A DNA stretch of 64,000 nt from NCBI GenBank assembly GCA_963798085.1, contig CAWCRS010000001.1:224001-288000 (forward strand), given 5' to 3'. The DNA is from an uncultured Gemmatimonadales bacterium (GTDB taxonomy: Bacteria > Gemmatimonadota > Gemmatimonadetes > Longimicrobiales > RSA9). The translations under genes were made by a program, and so were the position numbers. The notes beneath the pieces are model-generated. The model was given only the letters and a program-made list of their open reading frames with translations, was not told the DNA's origin and ran no database searches. This document shows positions 19,633 to 27,915 of the stretch, piece after piece (positions within the stretch are counted from its first letter, which is position 1; every line of letters starts with the position of its first letter).

Positions 19633-20345
19633 GATTCGTTTGCCATCGCGACGGACCGGGCGCCGGCCGCTCTGCTTCACACGGCGCGGTCCGCGCACTG
19701 GCCGCATTCGCGCTGCTCGTGTGTCCGTTGCCGCTGCGCGCGCAGAATGCCAATGCGCTCGGATCCGCCGCCTGGAGTCATATGCACATGGTGCTCGAGA
19801 AGACCATCTTCCAGGTGGACGTGCTCATGCTGGACGTCTGTCTCAATGCGTCCACGGCCGCGCGCGTCGCGACACTCGCGCCCCGCGCCGGTCGCGCGCC
19901 TGCCGCGGACTCCATCGCGCGCGCCGTGCTCGCTGCGTCGCACGCTTCCGCCCGCATCCGCATCTTGCGCGATCTTGCCTATGGGCGCTTCCTGAGCGGC
20001 ATGTCCAATGAATTGCAGCACGCGGCCGAGACGGGGTTCCTCGCCGACACGACCTTCCGCTCCATTCGTGCGTCGCTGCCCGACTGGTACTCGTTCCTCG
20101 AGAACCGCGACCTGCACGATGGCGATCAGATCCTTTATCGCTTCCGCGCCGATTCGTTGCGCGTCACGTACATCGCCCAATCCGGCGACACGCTGATGAC
20201 GCGGTCGAGTATCGGCCGCGAGCGCCGTAATTCCGTGCTTGCCACCTGGTTCGCACGCGGCTCCAGCTTCCGCAAACGACTGCTCGAGTCGCTGAACGGC
20301 TCCGCCGGCGAGCCCGCGTCGCCCGCCTGCGACGCGCACTCCTGA
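19629..20345 (+). CDS. Exported hypothetical protein, possibly chalcone-isomerase-like fold
   Basis: ATGA overlap with the GNAT gene. Signal-like N-terminus. ILRDL...F, GDQI.Y and VLATWF...FRKRLL segments are reminiscent of Chalcone_3 (inference). Confidence 0.6.
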   Translation: MRFVCHRDGPGAGRSASHGAVRALAAFALLVCPLPLRAQNANALGSAAWSHMHMVLEKTIFQVDVLMLDVCLNASTAARVATLAPRAGRAPAADSIARAVLAASHASARIRILRDLAYGRFLSGMSNELQHAAETGFLADTTFRSIRASLPDWYSFLENRDLHDGDQILYRFRADSLRVTYIAQSGDTLMTRSSIGRERRNSVLATWFARGSSFRKRLLESLNGSAGEPASPACDAHS

Positions 20346-20525
20346 CCTGCCGCACACCACCCGCCACGCACGCCTCATCCTCGCCTGGCATCGCTGCGGC
20401 CCCGGCGCGGCGCATTCCTGAAACCGCAAGCAGTGGCCGTCCGTTCAGTCAGAATCCATGCACGGTCGCTGCGCACCGCCATGACCGGCGCACGGTCCCT
20501 GCCCCACCCCAGCAGGCGGACAGCC

Positions 20526-21449
20526 ATGAGCGTGATCGAGACCACGGGCCTCACCAAGCGATTTCGCCAGCAGCTCGCGGTGGACGACGTTTCCTTCTGC
20601 GTCGAGCCCGGCCAGATCTTCGGCTTCCTCGGCCCTAACGGCAGTGGCAAGACGACGACGATCGGCATGCTGCTGGGCATCATTACGCCCAGCGCCGGCA
20701 GCTTCCGCCTGCTCGGGCAGGGAAGCAGACGCGGCCTGAACCTGGCGAGGCAGCGCGTGGGCGCCACCCTGGAAACACCGAATTTCTATCCGTACCTCAG
20801 CGGCCGCGACAATCTGCGCATTGTCGCCAATGTCAAACGCGTCGCGCACGCGCGCATTGCCGAAGTGCTCGACATCGTGGGCCTGGGCACGCGCGGCCGC
20901 GACCGCTTCGGCACCTACTCGCTGGGCATGAAGCAGCGCCTGGCCCTCGCCGCCACGATGCTCGGTGATCCCGAGCTGGTCATACTCGATGAGCCGGCCA
21001 ACGGTCTGGATCCCGAGGGCATGCGCGAAATCCGCGAGATCATCCTGCGCCTGCACGACACGGGCAAGACGATCTTCCTCTCGAGCCATCTGCTGTGGGA
21101 AGTCGAACGCACCTGCACACACGTGGCCATCATCAAGAAGGGCCGCATACTGCGCCAGGCCAGTGTGCGCGAGATCGTCGCCGGCACCGTGATCGCAGGT
21201 ATTCGCGGCGGCAACCCGGAAACGCTGCGTCGCATTGTCGCCGACTATCCCGCCACGGTGTCCACCGCGCTCGAGGAGGACATGGTCATGGTAGAGCTGC
21301 GCGATGATGACCTCGCCTCGCTCAACGCCTTCGCCGCCGCGCACGGCGTACATCTCTCGCACCTCGCGCTCCGCCAGCGCAGCCTCGAAGAGGTGTTCAT
21401 CGAAATGACCGGTGATGCCCTGCCGCAACCCGTCGGAGGTGCCGCATGA
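20526..21449 (+). CDS. ABC transporter ATP-binding protein (ABC-2 type)
   Basis: Walker A GPNGSGKTT, signature YSLGMKQR, Walker B VILDEP, SSH switch. Confidence 0.95.
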   Translation: MSVIETTGLTKRFRQQLAVDDVSFCVEPGQIFGFLGPNGSGKTTTIGMLLGIITPSAGSFRLLGQGSRRGLNLARQRVGATLETPNFYPYLSGRDNLRIVANVKRVAHARIAEVLDIVGLGTRGRDRFGTYSLGMKQRLALAATMLGDPELVILDEPANGLDPEGMREIREIILRLHDTGKTIFLSSHLLWEVERTCTHVAIIKKGRILRQASVREIVAGTVIAGIRGGNPETLRRIVADYPATVSTALEEDMVMVELRDDDLASLNAFAAAHGVHLSHLALRQRSLEEVFIEMTGDALPQPVGGAA

Positions 21450-22277
21450 GCGCGCGTATCCTGCTGAAGAACGAAACCATCAAGAATGACGCGTTTCCTG
21501 CCCTTCCGCGTCACGATGCTCGCGTTTCTCGCGCTCCTGAGCCTCGCCTTCATTCAGCGGCACCTCGCGTCCATCCGCGTGCGCCAGCCAATGCCTTTCG
21601 CGTTGCCCGCGGCATGGAACGACATTCTGGGCGACCCGGCGCAGATCAGCCTCTTCTTCCTGAGTCTCCTGCTCGTGCTGCTCATCGCCAACGAGTTCAG
21701 CTGGCGCACGGCCAGGCAGAACGTGATCGACGGCCTCTCCAAGGAAGAGTGGTTCACCGGCAAGCTGCTGATCGTGCCCATGGTCGCCTTGCTCTTCTTC
21801 ATTCTGCTCGTGGGCATGGGCGCCGGCATTGCGGCGCTCGGTCCCGATGCGCCGCGCACGCTGCCTCTCATTCGCGGCGCCGATCTCCGCCTCATGGGCG
21901 GTCTCCTGCTCTGCCAGCTGGGCTACGGCGCCATTGCGCTGCTCATTGCCACCAATGTGCGTGCGCCCGGCTCCGCCATTGGCGTGTTCTTCCTGTACGC
22001 GGTCTTCGTCGAACGCCTCATCGGCGGCGCACTGCGCAGCGCGGGCGGCGTGCTGGCTTCAGTCGCGAGCTTCCTGCCCACCGCCGTCTTCAATGCGCTG
22101 GTCGAGCGCGTACAGTGGGATCCGCAGGCACTGGCGCAGCGCAACGAGGTGCTGGCACGCGCAGGTCGTCCGCCCGTGGAATTGCTGGACTCGCGCCTGC
22201 TCATTGCCGCGGCGGTGTTGTGGGCAGCATTGCTGATCGCCATCGCCTTCACCAGCTTCCGCCGACGCGATCTCTGA
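21446..22277 (+). CDS. ABC-2 transporter permease (frameshifted at ~21485)
   Basis: ATGA overlap. MSARILLKNETIK joins MTRFLP after removing one A at GAATG 21484-21488. ANEFSWRTARQNVIDG and terminal FRRRDL are typical. Confidence 0.85.
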
Positions 22278-22289
22278 TCGGAGGAGCCC

Positions 22290-25031
22290 ATGACTGCCAC
22301 GTTGCGCGCAGCACTCGCAATCTCCCTCTGCACACTGTGGCTGCCCGCAACGGGCACGGCGCAAAACACCTCGCCTGACCGCTGGACCATGGATGACATC
22401 CTGGGCGCGGAGTCCGCCGGCGGCTTCGACATTTCCCGCGACGGCCGCTTCGTGGTCTGGACGAAGTCGGAACTCGACCGCGAAAAGTCGCGTCGCTTCT
22501 CCAACCTGTGGATCACCCGCATTGCCGACGGCGAGACCTGGGCGCTCACGCACGGCAAGGATGCCTTCGGCTCGCCGCAGTTCTCGCCTAACAGCGAGCT
22601 CATCGTCTTCACCTCGTCGCGCGAGGCGCCCGACAAGTCGCCGGATGCGGCGGGCAGCCAGCTGTGGGCCATGCGGATGGACGGCGGCGAGGCATGGCCG
22701 CTGACCACCACACTGCGCGGCCTCCGCCAGTTCGAATGGAAAGGCAGCAGCAATGACACGCTCATCTTCAGCGCGCAGGAGGCCCTCAGCGAGTACGACC
22801 GCGCGAAGAAGAAGCGCGAGGACACGGCCTACGCGGTCGAAGATACGCTGGACAACCCGCCCGTACGGCTCTGGTCGCTGGCACTCGAGAGCAAGGCGAT
22901 CCGCAGGATCACTGATAACCACGATCCCGTCCAGTCCATGACATTGTCCGAGGACGGCACGCACGCGCTCACGCGCAATACTGTGTCGCTCTCCTACGGC
23001 TATGACGAGAAGCAGCCGCCCAACTCCTTCATTGTCGACCTCGCGACCGGTCAGCGCCGCGAGATCCTGCACCAGCCCGTCAACCTCGGCGGCCGCCAGT
23101 ACCGCGTGGTGCCGGGCGAAGCCGAGTGGACGCGCGATGGCCGCGGCATCTTCATCGGCTACGCCTACTCGACGCACCCGATCTACCGCTCCGCCAGTGT
23201 CGAACGCTTCGGCTACTATGACGTCGCTGCCGATCGCTTCGAGCCCATCGACCTGGCATGGCCGCGCGAGCTGGGTGGCTTCGAGGTCGTGCCCGATGGT
23301 TTTGTCGCGCTGCTCGAGGACGGCGTGCGCGTCAAGCCCGCACGCTACACGCGCGCCAGTCCCGGCAATGACGGCGATGGCAACGGCTGGACGCGCACGT
23401 GGATCGAAGGCGAGCCCGCCGGCCACTTCACCAGCTGGACCGTTTCCCACGATGGCCGCACTGTTGCCTACAACTTGTCGAGTGCGACGACGCCGCCTCA
23501 GCCCTTCGTCGCCACGCTCGAAGGCAATCGCATCACCGGCCCGAAGCGACTCGCGGAGCTGAACCCGTCATTCGCGAAGAAGCACGCCGTACGCGCCGAA
23601 GTCGTGCACTGGAAGGGCGCGCGCGGCGACAGTGTCGAGGGCATTCTCTACTATCCGTTCGACTACCAGGAAGGGCGACGCTACCCGCTCATCCAGAGCA
23701 TTCACGGCGGACCCGTCGGCGCGGATCGCGATGCCTGGACTTCCAGCTGGGCGTACCCGCTCGTGCTGTACATGCAGAAGGGCGCATTCGCGCTCAAGAC
23801 CAACTATCACGGCAGCTCCTCCTACGGCCTCGACTGGGTAGAGTCCATCGGCAACGGTCGCTACTACGACCTGGAAGTGCCCGACCTCGAGAAAGGCGCG
23901 GATGCGCTGATCGCGCGCGGGCTCGTGCACCCCGACAGCATTGCCACCGCAGGCTGGAGCAATGGCGCCATCCTGTCCACCGCGCTCAATGTCGCCGATC
24001 CGCAGCGCTACAAGGCCGCCATTGTGGGCGCCGGCGACGTCGAGTGGATCAGCGACTGGGGCAACGTCGACTTTGGCGCTTCCTTCGATAACTACTATTT
24101 CGGCAAGAGCCCGCTCGAGGATCCGCAGCTCTACATCCAGAAGAGCCCGTACTTCAAGCTGGATCGCGTGCGCACGCCCACGCTGCTGTTCACCGGCACG
24201 GAAGACCGCAATGTCCCGCCCAGTCAGAGCTGGAGCCATTTCCGCGCGCTGCAGCAGCTGGGTCACGTGCCCACCCGCCTGGTCCTGTTCCCGGGCGAGC
24301 CGCACGGCCTGGGCCAGCTGGCGCACCAGCGGCGCAAGATCGAGGAAGAGATGCGCTGGCTGGACCGCTATCTCTGGGGCCGTCCTGACACCAGCAACCT
24401 GGCACTCGCCGATAACTCGCCATTAGCCGGCCTGCTGCGCCTGCGCGATGCCCGCCGCGATGGCGCCCGCCTGGGTGAGCTGCATAACGGAGTGCTGGCG
24501 CCGGAGGTTGTGGCGCGCGGCAAACTGCAGGCGGGCCGCTTCGAGGTCACGCGCGCCCAGTGGCACGAATTCGATCCCGCGTATGTCGTGAGCCCCGGAA
24601 CGGACAACTATCCCGCCGGCGGCATCACCTTCGAGCGGGCACAGGAGTACGTGCGCTGGCTGGCGCAGAAGACCGGCATCGCATACCGCCTGCCAACAAA
24701 GGCGGAGCGCGCCGCGCTGGGCGGCAGTGGCGGCAATACGCTGGACTGGTGGGCCGGCTACAGTGTGAACCCCGATGATGCGGCTCGGCTGCGCGCGCTC
24801 CTGGCCACGCTGCCCGGCGCCTCGCCGCTGCTGCGCGAGGCCGGCGCCAGCAGCGACGCTTCCGGCAGTCCCGCGCTGTACGACCTGGGCGGCAATGTGG
24901 CGGAATGGGTGACGGGCGAGCATGGCGGCGAGCTGGCGGGCGGCAGTGCGGATCAACCCGCGGACCGCAGCGCGGGGCCGCTCCAGGCAACACCGCCTTA
25001 TCGCGGCCTGCGTATCGTCGTCGCCAGCTGA
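22290..25031 (+). CDS. S9 peptidase fused to a C-terminal FGE-sulfatase (CLec)-like domain
   Basis: GGAG RBS and signal peptide. IHGGP, GWSNGA, TG.EDRNV, GEPHG. C-terminus has RFEVT.AQ, RLPT.AE, LYDLGGNVAEW, GLR. Confidence 0.9.
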   Translation: MTATLRAALAISLCTLWLPATGTAQNTSPDRWTMDDILGAESAGGFDISRDGRFVVWTKSELDREKSRRFSNLWITRIADGETWALTHGKDAFGSPQFSPNSELIVFTSSREAPDKSPDAAGSQLWAMRMDGGEAWPLTTTLRGLRQFEWKGSSNDTLIFSAQEALSEYDRAKKKREDTAYAVEDTLDNPPVRLWSLALESKAIRRITDNHDPVQSMTLSEDGTHALTRNTVSLSYGYDEKQPPNSFIVDLATGQRREILHQPVNLGGRQYRVVPGEAEWTRDGRGIFIGYAYSTHPIYRSASVERFGYYDVAADRFEPIDLAWPRELGGFEVVPDGFVALLEDGVRVKPARYTRASPGNDGDGNGWTRTWIEGEPAGHFTSWTVSHDGRTVAYNLSSATTPPQPFVATLEGNRITGPKRLAELNPSFAKKHAVRAEVVHWKGARGDSVEGILYYPFDYQEGRRYPLIQSIHGGPVGADRDAWTSSWAYPLVLYMQKGAFALKTNYHGSSSYGLDWVESIGNGRYYDLEVPDLEKGADALIARGLVHPDSIATAGWSNGAILSTALNVADPQRYKAAIVGAGDVEWISDWGNVDFGASFDNYYFGKSPLEDPQLYIQKSPYFKLDRVRTPTLLFTGTEDRNVPPSQSWSHFRALQQLGHVPTRLVLFPGEPHGLGQLAHQRRKIEEEMRWLDRYLWGRPDTSNLALADNSPLAGLLRLRDARRDGARLGELHNGVLAPEVVARGKLQAGRFEVTRAQWHEFDPAYVVSPGTDNYPAGGITFERAQEYVRWLAQKTGIAYRLPTKAERAALGGSGGNTLDWWAGYSVNPDDAARLRALLATLPGASPLLREAGASSDASGSPALYDLGGNVAEWVTGEHGGELAGGSADQPADRSAGPLQATPPYRGLRIVVAS

Positions 25032-25040
25032 TCGCAGCAC

Positions 25041-25841
25041 GTGAGCGGCCCGCAACCGTGTTCCGTGATCGCGCACCGCGGCGCATCGGGATACGCGCCC
25101 GAACACACCTTCGCCGCCTGGGATCTCGCGCTCCGGATGGGGGCCGATTACCTCGAGCAGGACCTGCAGATGACGGCGGACGGCGTGCTCGTCGTGCTGC
25201 ACGATGAGACGCTGGACCGCACGGCGAGCGGGCCTGGCTGCCGCGGCGCCGTGCGCGCGCAGCCGTGGTCGCAGCTCGTCGACTGCAATGTGGGCTCCTG
25301 GTTCAATGCATCACACCCGGACCGCGCCAGGCCTGACTACGCACAGCAGCGACTGGCCACCCTGGACCAGGTGTTAGCCCGCTACCAGGAGCGGGCACGT
25401 TACTATATCGAGACCAAGAAGCCGGCCGCGGCGCCCGGTATGGAACGCGAGCTGCTGCGCCTGCTGACGGCGCACGACTTGCGTCCTCGTTTTTCCGGCG
25501 ATGATCGCGTGATTGTACAATCCTTCAGCAGCCGGAGTCTGCGTCTGATCCATGACATGGACCCGGGCATCCCGCTGGTGCAGCTGCTGCACCGCCGGGA
25601 ACCGAAGGCAACGCAGCGCCTGCGACTCGGGCGAATTGCCGCGTACGCGTACGGTATCGGTCCGGCGAAGGAGCGCGTGGATGGCTCGCTGTTATCGGCA
25701 GCGCACCAGCTCGGCCTCGTCGTTCACCCCTGGACCGTCAATGACGAGCCTGAGATGCGCCGGCTGCTCGAGCTGGGCGTTGATGGCATGTTCACCGACT
25801 ATCCGGATCGCCTGATCGCACTGCGGTCGGACACTGCCTGA
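25041..25841 (+). CDS. Glycerophosphodiester phosphodiesterase
   Basis: IAHRGASGYAPEHT, LEQDLQMTADG.LVVLHD, IETK, VQSF, WTVN, GVDGMFTDYPD. Confidence 0.93.
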   Translation: MSGPQPCSVIAHRGASGYAPEHTFAAWDLALRMGADYLEQDLQMTADGVLVVLHDETLDRTASGPGCRGAVRAQPWSQLVDCNVGSWFNASHPDRARPDYAQQRLATLDQVLARYQERARYYIETKKPAAAPGMERELLRLLTAHDLRPRFSGDDRVIVQSFSSRSLRLIHDMDPGIPLVQLLHRREPKATQRLRLGRIAAYAYGIGPAKERVDGSLLSAAHQLGLVVHPWTVNDEPEMRRLLELGVDGMFTDYPDRLIALRSDTA

Positions 25842-25868
25842 ACCCCGCTCGCTGCCGGCTCTCCCCTG

Positions 25869-25883
25869 TAGGACTTTTTCCTA
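25869..25883. promoter_or_regulatory. TAGGA-N5-TCCTA inverted repeat, candidate NarL/LuxR-type operator
   Basis: Perfect 5-bp inverted repeat in an AT-richer intergenic region about 120 bp upstream of the HD-GYP gene. Function inferred. Confidence 0.35.
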
Positions 25884-26005
25884 GGTGAAGATTACCCATC
25901 CGCGCCCGACCGACAGTCGGTATCGTGGAGTGGCGATAACAGCTCATGACAAGCCTGGGTTTCTAGTCTCCGGCGGGGCGTTCGGCGAACCCTGCGCCGG
26001 TACGC

Positions 26006-27089
26006 ATGAATCCGTACGGGGGATCGATGACGCGGACCAGCCGGGCGATCGGGACAGCAGGTGAGAGCCGTGTCCTGATCGTTGCGCACGATGAGGAAAG
26101 TGCGCGGCCGTTGCAGCAGGCGCTGCAGGCAGTCGGGATCCGCAACATCGAGATCCTGAATGACGCGCGGCGGGCGCTACCTTCGTTCCGTCAACTGGCG
26201 CCCGATATCGTCGTTCTGGAATCCGCCCTCGAACAAATGGACCCGTTGTCCCTGATGAAACAGATCCACGCGCGCGTTCCCGAGGATCAGTTCCTGCCCT
26301 TCATTGTGCTCTCGCCCGGGCCGGAAGCGCCGCTCAAGCGGACTGCGCTGGAAGAAGGGCTTCCGGCATTCTTCGAAGACACCCACAGCCCCGACGACAT
26401 CGCCCTGCTCGTGAGCGAGCTGACGTCGATCCGTCGCCAGGGGTTCGATCTGTTGTCGGCGGCGCGCGTGCGTACGGCCAGGGCGGACGCGACGGAAGTC
26501 GAAGTCGCGCGTCACCTCGCGCGCTTCGCCGAGTTCAAGGACCACCCCTACAGCGGGCATGTGCACCGCGTGGGTCACCTGTCGGGCCTGATCGGTCTGC
26601 TGCTCGGTCTCGCGACGGAAGATGTCGAGACCATTCGCCTCGCCGCTCCACTCCACGACGTGGGCAAGATCGGAATTCCCGACTCCATCCTGGACAAGGA
26701 GGAGCCGCTCACGCTCGAGGAGATGGATGTCGTCAAGACCCACACCACACTGGGCGCAACCATCCTCGCCGGCAGCTCGACGAAGCTGTTCCAGATGGCC
26801 GAGGAGATCGCGCTCTATCACCACGAGAACTGGGACGGCACCGGCTACACGCCCGGGCTCGAAGGCGAATCCATTCCACTCATTGGCCGCATCGTGCGAG
26901 TGGTCGATGCCTTCGAATGCCATCACCAGCGCTCGACCTTTCGCCGAACAATGGCGCCGCGACAGCGCCATTGAGTTCATTCGCAGTCAAGCCGGTCAGG
27001 CCTTCGATCCGCGCGTCGTCGACGCATTCCTCGAGGCCCAGGAAGAAGCCGAGGAGTCCGCCGACGAAGTGGCCCGGGGCCTCATCTGA
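26006..27089 (+). CDS. Receiver-like + HD-GYP domain protein (frameshifted at ~26916)
   Basis: LHDVGKIGIP, HHENWDGTGYTPGL.GE.IP. Removing one A at GAATG 26915-26919 restores DAFDAITSARPF...QFDP-like C-terminus (AFDPRVV). Confidence 0.85.
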
Positions 27090-27106
27090 AAGGGCAGCGC
27101 TGAAAC

Positions 27107-27574
27107 ATGGATCGCGACCCGGAAGAACCTCGTTACATGCGCGCGCGAAACGGCAATCACGCGAACGGCAGGGATGGCGGCCGTCCGGAAGGGCACGCGC
27201 GTACCACACCCGCGCACCTGACCGCCGAGTCCAACAGCCTGTTGCGGCCCGAGACACAGCGGCTGCTGCGCGAATTCACGGCCACCCCGGCGATTTTCGA
27301 GTGCCCGGTCAGTCTTACACGCGAGGAAGCCCGCTCCATTCTCGGGATGATCGAAACCCGCTGGGTGGTCTCGCGCGCATGGGCGCGCACCATCGAGTGG
27401 GCGCTGCGTTACGCGTGCATTGCGCAACAGCTCGCAAGCCGCGCCGGCTTCCCCGCGTACGCGCGCTGGATCCAGAAGCACCGCATCGACCCCATGCGCG
27501 TGCTCCATGGCGAACTGACCGACGATACGCTCGGGCGTGATGGGCAGTCCGATACCGTGCTGGCGACCGGATGA
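27107..27574 (+). CDS. Hypothetical protein
   Basis: 155-aa ORF 17 bp after the HD-GYP stop, same strand. No recognisable motif. Confidence 0.55.
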   Translation: MDRDPEEPRYMRARNGNHANGRDGGRPEGHARTTPAHLTAESNSLLRPETQRLLREFTATPAIFECPVSLTREEARSILGMIETRWVVSRAWARTIEWALRYACIAQQLASRAGFPAYARWIQKHRIDPMRVLHGELTDDTLGRDGQSDTVLATG

Positions 27575-27678
27575 CCCTGCGACGCCCACACGACTTCAAA
27601 ACGTTCCCCTGGATCCGCTAACAATGGCGGATCTGACCACTGTGCCGTAAGGCACACCCCTGAGGAGGCGGTACCACC

Positions 27679-27837
27679 ATGCAGAACACCAACGTGTTGC
27701 GGATCGGCAAGTTCCTGCTGGCAGTGGCCCTGGTTTCGATCGCGGCCGCATGCAGCGCCTCGCCCCTCGAGCCCAAGACGTACGACGACGGCCCGGGCGA
27801 GTGCTACCTCATGAACGGCCACTGGATCTGCCGTTGA
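27679..27837 (+). CDS. Small 52-aa lipoprotein / putative signalling peptide precursor (not in ORF track)
   Basis: GAGGAGG RBS at 27662-27668. MQNTNVLRIGKFLLAVALVSIAAA-CSASPLEPKTYDDGPGECYLMNGHWICR*. Lipobox AAAC. Followed by a long terminator-like hairpin. Confidence 0.8.
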   Translation: MQNTNVLRIGKFLLAVALVSIAAACSASPLEPKTYDDGPGECYLMNGHWICR

Positions 27838-27845
27838 TCAATGCA

Positions 27846-27899
27846 GCGCGGGTGATCCGCGGCATGTGGCCAGGGCCATGTGCCGGGGATCACCCGTGT
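27846..27899. terminator. Long stem-loop between convergent genes (likely bidirectional terminator)
   Basis: cgggtgatcc..cggcatgtggc / gccatgtgccg..ggatcacccg stem of more than 20 bp including G-U pairs. Confidence 0.7.
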
Positions 27900-27915
27900 T
27901 CTGGTACTTCTGCCG

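Noticed and set aside
24400..25031. Diversity-generating retroelement target (CLec fold)
   Set aside because: No reverse transcriptase and no template/variable repeat pair seen in the window.
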